Source of the DNA: Macrostomum lignano
Lineage: Eukaryota
Assembly: GCA_002269645.1 (NCBI GenBank)
Contig: NIVC01000500.1
Coordinates: 229,561 to 293,560, forward strand
Length of the DNA: 64,000 nt
Reading direction: 5' to 3'
Positions 1 through 11,614 of this stretch are shown piece by piece (positions within the stretch are counted from its first letter, which is position 1; each line of letters begins with the position of its first letter). The translations under genes and the position numbers were made by a program. The notes below the pieces were generated by a model, which was given only the letters and a program-made list of their open reading frames with translations, did not search any database and was not told the DNA's origin.

Positions 1-2
1 AG

Positions 3-311
3 GTGTACAACTACATCACCAGCAACGAGGAGCTCACAGACGAGCTGTGGAATGCCCTGCGCAACATGGTGAAGCTGAGCAACGACGCTCTCGACTTCGA
101 GGGCTTCATCGACCTCAGCGTGCAGGAACTCGAAGAAGACAACTGGAGCGAGGAGAATTTTTGGATCAACCTGAAAAGCTTCGGCGTCAATCAGGACCTG
201 CTGATGACCGGCGCCTTCGCCTACGAGCTCGAGGTGAACTGCTCAGAGTGCCGAAACTTTGAGCTGATCGCTGGTAATCCGATGCGCTTCCCGGTTTCCG
301 TGCTGAGCAAG
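3..311 (+). CDS. EFCAB7: Internal exon, EF-hand calcium-binding domain protein 7-like
   Basis: YITSNEELTDELW...GFIDL...FWINLKSFGVNQDLLMTGA matches the remembered EFCAB7 pattern (TSGE..DEDAW..GFMDL..LWVTLHSMGYNKALELTEA). Donor AAG|GTGAGG at 311/312. The 5' edge is at the window boundary. Confidence 0.7.
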
Positions 312-323
312 GTGAGGCTATAA

Positions 324-890
324 ACACCTGACACCCAACCCACCTGACATCTAACCCATCTGACACCCAACCCACCTGACATCTAACCCAACCTGACATC
401 TAACCCACCTGACACCCAACCCACATGACATCTAACCCACCTGACACCCAACCCATCTGACACCCAACCCACCTGACACCCAACCTATTTGACATCTAAC
501 CCATCTGACACCCAACCCACCTGACATCTAACTCACCTGACATCTAACCCAACCTGACATCTAACCCACCTGACACCCAACCTATCTGACATCTAACCCA
601 CCTGACACCCAACCCATCTGACACCCAACCCACCTGACACCCAACCTATTTGACATCTAACCCATCTGGCACCCAACCCACCTGACATCTAACTCACCTG
701 ACATCTAACCCAACCTGACATCTAACCCACCTGACACCCAACCCACATGACATCTAACCCACCTGACACCCAACCCATCTGACACCCAACCCACCTGACA
801 CCCAACCTATCTGACATCTAACCCATCTGACACCCAACCCATCTGACACCCAACCTATCTGACACCCAACCCACCTGACACCCAACCTAT
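324..890. repeat. 16-bp minisatellite (CTGACACCCAACCCAC / CTGACATCTAACCCAT), left part
   Basis: Tandem units read directly; intronic. Confidence 0.95.
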
Positions 891-1255
891 TTTTTTTTTA
901 TTAGAGGCAGGGGGGTTGTGTGCACCCTGGCGCACTTTAAGCGACATAGGCACACAACCGGCAAGAGGCATTACTGCCCATTCCGCCGACTCCCCTGAGC
1001 AGGCATACAAGCGCGCGGATACGTACGCAGGCACACACTCACACAGGAGTGTACAGCGGCCCTAACTTTATATTATCGTTAGGCATGTACACTTCACTGC
1101 GCCTTGGGGGGTTGGCTCTCAAGGCCGTTAATTGCACAAGCAGAGCCAAGCCGAGATTCCAATTCAGCCCCAAATTAATGTGACTGCACTTGGAATCGAG
1201 CCTGGGCCGCTGGCACACCAGAGCAGCTGCGCTACCACTGGGCTACGGCCCCCTC
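891..1255 (-). mobile_element. tRNA-derived SINE with poly(A) tail
   Basis: Minus strand starts GAGGGGGCCGTAGCCCAGTGGTAGCG. A box at 1245-1235, B-box-like GGCTCGATTCC at 1202-1192, poly(A) at 891-899. Flanked by GACACCCAACCTAT at 877-890 and 1256-1269. Confidence 0.8.
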
Positions 1256-1800
1256 GACACCCAACCTATCTGACATCTAACCCATCTGACACCCAACCCA
1301 CCTGACACTCAATCTATCTGACACCCAACCTATCTGACACCTAACCCACATGACATCTAACCCACCTGACACCCAACCCATCTGACAACCAACCCACCTG
1401 ACACCCAACCTATCTGACATCTAACCCACCTGACACCCAACCTATCTGACATCTAACCCAGCTGACACCCAACCACCTGACACCCAACCCACCTGACACC
1501 CAACCCACCTGACACCAAACCTATCTGACACCCAACCCACATGACATCTAACCCACCTGACACCCAACTCATCTGACACCCAACCCACCTGACACCCAAA
1601 CTATCTGACATCTAACCCACCTGACACCCAACCCATCTGACACCCAACCCACATGACATCTAACCCACCTGACACCCAACTCATCTGATACCCAACCCAC
1701 CTGACACCCAACCTATCTGACATCTAACCCACCTGACACCCAACCCATCTGGCACCCAACCCACCTGACATCTAACCCACCCGACACCCAACCCACCTGA
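1256..1800. repeat. 16-bp minisatellite, right part
   Basis: Same unit as 324-890. Confidence 0.95.
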
Positions 1801-1981
1801 CTCATTTGTGTACATGTACATGTAGAAGTACAAGCAGCACCTTTTTAGTACATTGCACTGTAGTCTATACACTCGCTCAAAGATAAAGGCATGTCCCTCC
1901 CCCAAGCAAGCGGAAACTCCTGCATCCTATAGCTTAAGTAAACAAGGAATCTCATGCATATTTCTGCCCCCTAAACTTCAG

Positions 1982-2263
1982 GGCCTGGCCAACTACACGA
2001 AAGAGAAGGGCAGCTCAGCCCAATTAGGCGACTGCACTTTGCACTGGCTTGAGACTCCCCTTCGCGTGTACATCGCCGGCGAGAAGGACAACTCAAGTCA
2101 GGCCATGCCTACGCGACTTCTGCTCGACGCCCGGGCCAGCCACGGAGTTGCTGACGTAGGCGAAACGAAGCAAATATTCGTGAAGCGTAGCTGCGGATTG
2201 CTGCTACAGCTGGTGCCAGACGTTCCCGGGTTTACGTTTTCCGCTACGGTTAGACCGGATTGA
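1982..2263 (+). CDS. EFCAB7: Terminal exon of the EFCAB7-like gene
   Basis: Acceptor aaacttcag|GGC, phase 0, in frame with the 311 donor. GLANYTKEKG...VRPD then TGA at 2261-2263. Confidence 0.65.
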   Translation, partial: GLANYTKEKGSSAQLGDCTLHWLETPLRVYIAGEKDNSSQAMPTRLLLDARASHGVADVGETKQIFVKRSCGLLLQLVPDVPGFTFSATVRPD

Positions 2264-3352
2264 GGAGTTTGACAGACAATTATTAAGGACAGAGATGAAA
2301 CCTAATATAATACAGAAAGTTTACATGCATGCATAAGGTGGAATGCGAGCCTGAATCTAGCTTGTATTTTCACTCCTGTTTGACTTTAACGATATGTATA
2401 ATACTTTCTGTTTGTTCATGGCCTTTGTTTTCGATCCAAGGACTATACTCAACTAGAAGGACGTGAAACCTCGTTTCTTGGGATATAGGAAGTTTTCATT
2501 TTTATCAACACAAAAACTGCATGTTTTTTCTTTCGATAGGAGGCCGACCCAAAGTTCATCTTTTGATATTTTGTGACTTTTCTATAGCTCTATTAGTATT
2601 CAGTAAGCTTTACTAATAACTAATAACCAATGGCACGGCTCAGTTCATTGGTTTTATTAATATATTTTTTCATTCTTACCTGACTGTGTCAGAGAGTCAT
2701 GATAATATAAATAGAATAAAAAATGAATATAAAGTCATTAATATCAATAGAGCTCAAAAAGACACATAAAAGATAAACATTCGCTCTGCCTCCTATCGAA
2801 AGCAATAACAATTTATGTGCTGAAAAAATGATAACTTCTTATCTCCGTAGTGTATTTTTTGATCGGAAAAATTAGCCTTCTAACTTTTTCCAAGAAACGA
2901 GGTTTTGAGTTGTCCCGTGGTGGTAATTCCACCTGACACATCATGAAAAAGTTTGCAACTACTTTTAAGTAATACATATATGTGTAACGCACAAAACGTA
3001 CAGTGCAAATCAACTTAAATACTAACTTTACTAATTTTAAATAATGCAGTTTATTTAAACCTAATATCAGTCGTATAAAAATTCACAAAATATAATTGTT
3101 CGCGTTCACAGCTCAAAATGTGACTTTTGAATGTAAAAATATTGTCACTTTCTATGTAATAAATTCTTAATTGATCTTTGTTAAATTTGAGCAATACTCG
3201 TCAAACCTTATCACCTGCAGTACACTGGTGTACTTTTAATTCAACAGCTTTCAAAAGTGCCGTACCTGTGTGCAAAAATGCTTGAGCATGTACTTGTAGT
3301 TAATGTTAAGTGAAATCGGCACTACGAGCATATTTGACGAATAATCTATCAA

Positions 3353-4395
3353 CCCTCACCTGATAATCCATCACCATCTCACCTGATAATCCATCACCCT
3401 CACCTGATAATCCATTACCCTCACCTGATAATCCATCACCATCTCACCTGATAATCCATCACCCTCACCTGATAATCCATCACCATCTCACCTGATAATC
3501 CATCACCATCTCACCTGATAATCCATCACCATCTCACCTGATAATCCATCACCATCTCACCTGATAATCCATCACCCTCACCTGATAATCCATCACCCTC
3601 ACCTGATAATCCATCACCCTCACCTGATAATCCATTACCCTCACCTGATAATCCATCACCATCTCACCTGATAATCCATCACCCTCACCTGATAATCCAT
3701 CACCATCTCACCTGATAATCCATCACCATCTCACCTGATAATCCATCACCATCTCACCTGATAATCCATCACCATCTCACCTGATAATCCATCACCCTCA
3801 CCTGATAATCCATCACCCTCACCTGATAATCCATCACCCTCACCTGATAATCCATTACCCTCACCTGATAATCCATCACCATCTCACCTGATAATCCATC
3901 ACCCTCACCTGATAATCCATCACCATCTCACCTGATAATCCATCACCATCTCACCTGATAATCCATCACCCTCACCTGATAATCCATCACCCTCACCTGA
4001 TAATCCATCACCCTCACCTGATAATCCATCACCCTCACCTGATAATCCATTACCCTCACCTGATAATCCATCACCCTCACCTGATAATCCATCACCCTCA
4101 CCTGATAATCCATCACCCTCACCTGATAATCCATTACCCTCACCTGATAATCCATCACCATCTCACCTGATAATCCATCACCCTCACCTGATAATCCATC
4201 ACCCTCACATGATAATCCATCACCATCTCACCTGATAATCCATCACCCTCACCTGATAATCCATCACCCTCACCTGATAATCCATCACCCTCACCTGATA
4301 ATCCATTACCCTCACCTGATAATCCATCACCCTCACTTGATAATACATTACCCTCACTTGATAATACATTACCCTCACTTGATAATCCATCACCC
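3353..4395. repeat. 21/23-bp minisatellite (CC[AT]CTCACCTGATAATCCATCA) with a 220-bp higher-order repeat
   Basis: Units read directly. Variant TCCATTACCC recurs at 3411, 3631 and 3851. Confidence 0.95.
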
Positions 4396-4812
4396 TTATC
4401 TGATTTCTACGCTTTAAAAAACGCATAGCGCTGAAAGAGTCCTAGCTATTTCCGGAGAGCATACTCTCGCCGACGCCTTCAGCAATTTTTTGATCCCCTG
4501 CAAGCTGAAAAGGCCAAAAAATTCAGTGAATAACAGAAATAATGCATAGAACAAAAGTTTACATAGACACACCTTGCAATAGATAGTTCAAAAATATATA
4601 TTTTAGCCTTCAATTGTGTCAAGCCACAAAACCTATCGAATTTATAAAACAAAAAAACGGCTATTTCAATAGTCTATGAGCTGATAATTTATACAAAATC
4701 TATCAAAGAAGCCAACTTTGATGCTAATTTATATCGGTTTATAACAGCGAACAAACATAATTATCAACTTTCAAGGCTGTAAACAATCCAGGTAATCAAA
4801 GGCGTGCTTCAT

Positions 4813-5056
4813 TCACGACTGGTCGTCTTTGCTCACAACCTGAGCAGCATCGGCCATCACCTGATCAAGGAGGCCCTCGGCAACGCTGGCGGCCCTATCC
4901 GAGGTGAACGTCAACTCGCGCGGGTCGCCGCCGCGCGTGTTGCGCGCTAATTCTTGCGCGATTGCGTCAATTCGCGCCGAATCATTGTCGCCGGCTTTTG
5001 AAGACGAAGAGCCCTCGAGATCGCTGGAATTGCGGCTGCCCAGATGTTCGCTGGCT
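4813..5056 (-). CDS. Exon 4 (terminal) of a 275-aa orphan gene
   Basis: Acceptor cctatgcag|A. AG+A gives Arg, then 80 codons to TGA at 4815-4813. Confidence 0.75.
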
Positions 5057-5124
5057 CTGCATAGGCGGGTTGGTTTTTATTGACTCGTTTTATTGTTGGG
5101 CCTCACTCAGTGTCCTTTAGCTGA

Positions 5125-5425
5125 GCATCCATCCACCTCACTCCGCGCTTACCACAGCCAATCCGGTTGATTCTTTTCATCGATATTTCTCTCCCAAAGC
5201 ATCCACCTCACTCCACGATTACTACAGCCAATCCGGTTGATTCTTTTCATCCATATTTCTCTCCCAGAGCATCCACCTCACTCCACGCTTACTACAGCCA
5301 ATCCGGTTGATTCTTTTTATCGATATTTCTCTCATAGAGCATTTACCTCACTCCACGCTAACCCCCAGTCAATACGGTTGTTTCTTTACATCGATATTTC
5401 TCTCCCAGAGCATCCACCTCACTCC
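5125..5425. repeat. 70-bp tandem repeat, about 4 copies, intronic
   Basis: AGCATCCACCTCACTCC... recurs at 5198 and 5268. Confidence 0.9.
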
Positions 5426-5454
5426 AAGAGTACTGCAGTTAGGCATTCACTCAC

Positions 5455-5878
5455 CTATCAAGCGCTCGTCGCACCAATCGAACAGCCAGTTGATGCACAG
5501 CGCTATTGTACACAGCCTGACTCAGAGACTGCTCAACTAGCCGCTCTGATAGGGCCATGAGCTCCTTCTCAATGCCTTCGTAAGTGTCCTCAGAGGCGAT
5601 CATGTGCTGCGCCAGCTGATGTGTGGCATCAGACGATCCGCCAGCAGGCTTCGTCTGCTTCTGCCGACTGCCCGAGTCGTCTAGCAGTCTCAGCGGCTGC
5701 TGCTGGGCCAGCGGCCGTCTAGAAGCTCCGCTGACGCCGCCGCTGCCGCCTGCTGGCACCTTCGGCCGGCCAACAACGCGACCAGCCGAGCCGGGGAAGT
5801 GCCGAACTCGAGGCACGCGGGACGAAGCGCTGAACAGCTGGCGGAGGGCCTGGTTGTCGTTGTCCCAGGAGTCGCAGC
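5455..5878 (-). CDS. Exon 3 of the orphan gene
   Basis: Acceptor tctctctgcgcaag|GC with a cttaac branch-like site; donor AG|GTGAGT; 424 nt, open. Confidence 0.75.
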
Positions 5879-5934
5879 CTTGCGCAGAGAGATTGTTAAG
5901 TAATTATTAGTTTCTTAGTCAGTTATTATTATCA

Positions 5935-6770
5935 CACCATGTGTGATTATTAGAGTTCACACCCTCCCATGTGTGACTATTAGAGTTCACACCCTCCCAT
6001 GTGTGATTATTAGAGTTCACACCCTCCCATGTGTGATTATTAGAGTTCATACCCTCCCATGTGTGACTATTAGAGTTCACACCCTCCCATGTGTGATTAT
6101 TAGAGTTCATACCCTCCCATGTGTGATTATTAGAGTTAACACCCTCCCATGTGTGCTTATTAAAGTTCACACCCTCCCCATCTGTGATTATTAGAGTTCA
6201 CACCCTTCCTATGTGTGATTATTAGAGTTCATACCCTCCCATGTGTGATTATTAGAGTTCATACCCTCCCATGTGTGACTATTAGAGTTCACACCCTCCC
6301 ATGTGTGATTATTAGAGTTCATACCCTCCCATGTGTGACTATTAGAGTTCATACCCTCCCATGTGTGATTATTAGAGTTCATACCCTCCCATGTGTGATT
6401 ATTAGAGTTCATACCCTCCCATGTGTGATTATTAGAGTTAACACCCTCCCCATGTGTGATTATTAGAGTTCACACCCTTCCCATGTGTGATTATTAGAGT
6501 TCATACCCTCCCATGTGTGATTATTAGAGTTCACACCCTCCCATGTGTGATTATTAGAGTTCACACCCTCCCATGTGTGATTATTAGAGTTCATACCCTC
6601 CCATGTGTGATTATTAGAGTTCATACCCTCCCATGTGTGATTATTAGAGTTCATACCCTCCCATTTGTGACTATTAGAGTTCACACCCTCCCCATCTGTG
6701 ATTATTAGAGTTCACACCCTCCCATGTGCGATTATTAGAGTTCACACCCTCCCATATGTGATTATTAGAG
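5935..6770. repeat. 30-bp minisatellite (ATGTGTGATTATTAGAGTTCACACCCTCCC)
   Basis: Tandem units; intronic. Confidence 0.95.
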
Positions 6771-7062
6771 TTGCAAATCGTGTTAAAGACATTATGAAAT
6801 TTTCTCAAGAGTCTGACCTAATGTATGTAAATCTACTTGTTGTAAAATTAAAGAAATCATGCGATTTAGACACTCTACATTTGTACTATGTGTAGTTATT
6901 AAAAAGTTAGGCCTTCAGAAAAAACATGTCAACCTCAATTATTCAAGGCCTTTGTAAAGTTGTAACCGATTTTTTTATGAGTAAAGGTAAAAAGCTTTTT
7001 TCCAAGCTAATTAAATTAGATAACAGACTGCGTCGCAATTTTACCTGTGTATGAGTACTTAC

Positions 7063-7114
7063 CGAGTTTTCGACGATTCTCAAAATATCTCAGCATTACC
7101 TCGTTGACATTGAG
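7063..7114 (-). CDS. Exon 2 of the orphan gene (LNVNEVMLRYFENRRKL)
   Basis: Acceptor aatttcag|, donor G|GTAAGT. The 52 nt convert phase 0 to phase 1, as needed to join exons 1 and 3. Confidence 0.75.
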
Positions 7115-7239
7115 CTGAAATTGTTAATTTGGTAAACAGGGTATTGTGCAATACCTACTATGTATTACAATGTGAATGGAATATAGTTGAAAAAATGAAT
7201 AATCTTCGGAGTATTGTTAAATACGATAGCATAGAACGA

Positions 7240-7845
7240 GAATTGGCTAGAATTGGGTAGATTTGGGTGGAATCGGGTAGAATTGGGTGGAATCGGGTAG
7301 AATCGGGTAGAATTGGGTAGAATTGGATAGAATCGGATAGAATTAGGTAAAATCGAGTAGAATTGGTTAGAATCGGGTAGAATCGGGTAGAATTGGGTAG
7401 AATCGGGTAAAATTAGGTAGAATCGGGTAGAATCGGGTAGAATTGGGTAGAATCGGATAAAATTAGGTAGAATCGGGTAGAATTTGGTAGAATCGGGTAG
7501 AGTTGGGTAGATTCGGAAAGAATCGGGTAGAATTGGGTAGAATCGGGTATAAACGGGTAGAACCGGCTATAAACGGATAGAATTGGGTAGAATTGGGTAA
7601 AATCAGGTAGAAATCGGGTAGAATTGGGTAGACTCGGGTATACGCTCGTAATTGGATAGAATTGGGTAGAATCGGGTAGAATCGGGTAGAATTGGGTAGA
7701 ATCGGATAGAATTAGGTAAAATCAAGTAGAATTGGGTAGAATCGGGTAGAATTGGGTAGAATTGGGTAGACTAGGGTAGAATTGGGTAGACTAGGGTAGA
7801 ATTGGTTAGAATCGGGCAGAATCGGGTAGAATCGGGTAGAATTGT
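7240..7845. repeat. 10-bp repeat (AGAATCGGGT / AGAATTGGGT)
   Basis: Tandem units; intronic. Confidence 0.95.
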
Positions 7846-7887
7846 ATTGAATAGATCGATAGGGTGCAATCTGCATCCCAAACTTAC

Positions 7888-7995
7888 CTTTCCAACATCG
7901 CCAGCCTGCACGAGAATCAGTTCGTCTAACAATTCGGCCTTATCCTCAGTTCCCTCGTCGTCCCACTGCTCTATGAAGGTTTGGGATTCTGACAT
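7888..7995 (-). CDS. Exon 1 of the orphan gene (MSESQTFIEQWDDEG...DVGK)
   Basis: ATG at 7995-7993, 36 codons, donor AAG|GTAAGT. Confidence 0.7.
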
Positions 7996-8629
7996 AGTAG
8001 CTAAATGCTTGCTTTCAGACACTTGTCTTGGGAATTTAGTTTTCTATGGTATTTTAGAATTCTTAGAGGTTTAAACGTAGATTACTGCGAAGCTCTATCT
8101 ATCTATATGAATCTAGTGCTAAATGGAGGGGGTGGCTATAGCGGCATATTTGTTGCCATGACAACTAGTCATATACGCTTCTCCCTTCTCTTCTCTACGT
8201 ACTGCAAGTGTACGGTCAGTTTTAAAATCTACAATGTACAGTGTATTGTACTGCTGTACGCCTTTAGGTTACTGTACAAGACCAGAATGCAGACACTAAG
8301 CCTCTCTCTGTCTCTTTGTATGCTCTGTTCCACGTAAAAATACTTAGAATTGAAAATGTCTATTAAGACAGAAAATAATCTTTTAAGTGATGTGACAACA
8401 GCTTTTTTGCTGCACATGTTAACCGCTAATTTTAAAAGTAGCTATATGTTCCAAATGTTGAGAGCGAGACTAAAGTTATCAAGCAAGAGATGTGATTCTA
8501 ACCTTGAAAACAGACGAATCCATCCAGCTCTTTCAAAATCAGGTTTCCGACTAGAAGGACCTAGAGCTGACCTACCAACCACATTTGAGCTCTGTCTCAA
8601 TTCTAGAAGTCACAGCAGCCGATAAAAAT

Positions 8630-9070
8630 GACGCTCCTTGGGATTGGACTGGATCGCAGTAGACCATGCTGGGACAGAGCTGGAGGATTTTTCAGCAGGG
8701 GTTTCTTCCAAGGTGAGACTACAGAATTGGATAATATGTTACTACATGCATGTCTGCCCTCGCTTTTGCCGACGAAATTGCCCTACCTGGTGTGCGGAGG
8801 ACCCTTCTCGGCCGCTCAATCTAGCCTCAACAGAATCTGGGAGGAAGGCGCCAGAGTCCAGCCTCGAAGTGAACACCCGCAAGACCGAGGTGCTTCACAC
8901 GTCAAAACAAACGGCAACGAAATTTCTTCCTGCTCGGATTTCCGATACCTCGGCTCGCTGGTGGTCTCTCCGGACGATGATATCATCACCGACCGCCTGG
9001 GGAGCTGCTCGGCGATGGAACTGCTCCTGGCTACGCGCGTCCATATCTAGACAGTCCCTTCAGGTTGATT
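8630..9070 (+). mobile_element. Degraded RTE-like LINE reverse transcriptase fragment
   Basis: Across frameshifts: LDWI, LAFADEIAL (YADD-type motif), LEVNTRKTEVL, FRYLGSLV. Confidence 0.75.
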
Positions 9071-9714
9071 GAGCTAGGAAAACCGAAAGGTGGAGTTCCG
9101 AGCACGAAAAACCAGCGATAGGGTAAATCCTACTAATAGGCTGTAATACATGTATATCTACATGTATAGTATAGCTTTTGAATTGTTTTAGTTGTATTTT
9201 ACACTATGATCTACAATTTTTGCTTTTAATACTGTGTACATATATGTATAGCTCTGAGTACAACTGCACTTTTTTATTCAGTTATTTTTCGCTCGTACTC
9301 AAGTTAAGTGTTGCAAGTTGATATAAATCTCAACAAATCGTGTTTCACTAACTGCTACAATTCGTATAAATTTATTATAAGTGCGATTCGACATGTAGTG
9401 TACCGATCAGCGTATAATAATTATCAACAAATAGCGGCAAAATTTCAGAAATTAAGTACCAATGAGCGACGATGTAGAGCTACAAAAGTACATTTACATA
9501 TTATGCATGGGTCCGTCATTATCCAATCAATTAGCTAGTTTTGATTGCTTTTTTGCCTAAAGCCACGACACGGAGCAATTAAAGCTCAGCGTACTCTCTT
9601 TAGCATTAGGAATTTTACTTAAACTGTCAAACGTATTGTAATAAAATTTTCTTTATTTTAGAGATACTATGAAATAGTAATTTCTATTTCATCAAGAAAG
9701 TAATTTTATAGAGT

Positions 9715-10386
9715 TTGTTACGTTTAACTGATAATTTAAAATACACGCGATTGATATTTTCCATCACTAAAACCTACCTTACCTACTGGCTGAAGATTAG
9801 ACACCAAAAACTTTGCCAAACGACACTAGAAATTTTCTACTCAAACACCAGCCAAAAAAATCCATGGAAAACAAATGTACTAAAGAAACTGGAAAGTATA
9901 GACTTAAAAGCACTAACTGAAGATAAACTTTCCCAAAGCTTTAATAACGAGAAATACCTAGTGAAAAAGCACCTCAAGATACACAGCGAAAGAGAACTTA
10001 GCCAAAAGCTAGAGAATCAGCAACATATTAAACTCTACAAAAACGCCTATCTCTACAAAAAAATCTGCAGGCCTGACCTTTCAGATTACTTTCCATGCAC
10101 TTTTAGAAACAAAAAATTCCTAACAACCCTCCTAAAACTGAAATGCGAAATTACACCCAACTTTTTCTCTCATGAAGCATGTAGACTGTGTGGAGCGAGA
10201 AATGGTTCCGATATCCTACACTACTTGACCGAATGTCCACAAACTGAAAAGTTCAGAAAAAAATACTTCTGTCAGTACCTCTTAAATGACAAGCAAGTAC
10301 ACAAGTTAGGATATGCTACAAATGAAAAAAGTGTCAGAAAAGAGCTCACTGGTGTAGCTAAAATATATGAAGTCATGAATAGCTAA
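9715..10386 (+). mobile_element. C-terminal ORF2 fragment of a non-LTR retrotransposon with a CCHC knuckle
   Basis: CRLCGARNGSDILHYLTEC near the ORF end; no introns; AATAAA follows. Clade not determined. Confidence 0.65.
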
Positions 10387-11005
10387 AACAGTTATGCAAA
10401 CTGAAACAGACATATCAGCAGTGTAATAAATCCACTTTTCTTTTGTTTATTCATTTACTGTCTTTTTAATTTCCTATTTAATTAGCATTTAATTAATATT
10501 TAATTAGTTTCCTATCTAATACCTATTTAAATCGTCGTTATTCGTTTAAACGTAAAGTTCTTTTGAAGTTCGTTTTTGTTCATTTTTCGTTCGTTTTTCA
10601 CGCTTTAAAATATTGCGCGCTTGCAAAATACTACATCTTTTTTTACAAAAAACGCTCTTTCAAATACCTTAATAATTTTACAAATATCGTAACTCGCATC
10701 GTAACTCGTGTAAAAATTTAACCTTTTGAACAAATTTAACCTTTTGAACTTAATCGTAATTAAACAACTAATGCTGAAATAACTTAAATACACAGAAATA
10801 TACTGGCCAAACAGGCTTCTTGCCTGAGCCAACTTACTACTACTACTACTTCTGGTCATACATACTCCAGATATTGTCAGGTACCTGATCAGTCTCAGGG
10901 CCTTTTCATATTGCTTGTTCTGGTTCCAGAACCAGAACCAATCTGTGTAGTATAACTTTTTGTCTCCATAACTAGAGGGAGATCATATATACTAAAAATG
11001 AAAAT

Positions 11006-11053
<48 letters not shown>
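11006..11053. repeat. (CTTG)n microsatellite
   Basis: Direct. Confidence 0.95.
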
Positions 11054-11054
<1 letters not shown>

Positions 11055-11500
11055 AATCGATTAGAGAAAAAATGGCTTAACCGATTTTCATGAGACTTGC
11101 ACTGTTCGATCAGAAATTTTCCCGTGACGGTACATGCATCTTGGCTAAGAAATTGCTCCATGTTAAAGGGATTAAATATTCGAAAAACATGCTTTTTTGC
11201 AAAGGTCAAGCAAACTTTTCGACTTGAAATGCATTGTAAGAATGCTAGAGAAAAAACTGACTGGTTGAATTCTGATTCTGAAATAGATTGCATCATAACT
11301 GAATTGTAACTCTGACTTGAATTGAAAATGCAGTGTGGAAGCGTAGCACCAGACTTGATTTAAATTGCGTAACCATATTGTTAACTGATACTGACTGACT
11401 GAGAAATTGATTATGTCATAACTGCCTCGTGTGATTTACTCTATGCTTGGAGTTTTGAAACTTATAATTATAAGTGCTAAAATTCATATTATCAAAACGA

Positions 11501-11570
11501 TGAGAGCTAGCCTAGAGGTAAACAGACTGACTGCTAAATGCAGGGACGATGGTTCGAATTTTTAGAGAGT
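11501..11570 (+). other. tRNA-like Pol III promoter remnant (SINE head or tRNA pseudogene)
   Basis: A box TAGCCTAGAGG at 11508, B box GGTTCGAATT at 11551, tRNA-like spacing, ACTGCTAA loop. No complete acceptor stem. Confidence 0.4.
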
Positions 11571-11614
11571 GGAATTTTTTTAATTAAAGCTTTTTAACAC
11601 CAAGAAGAAAACTA

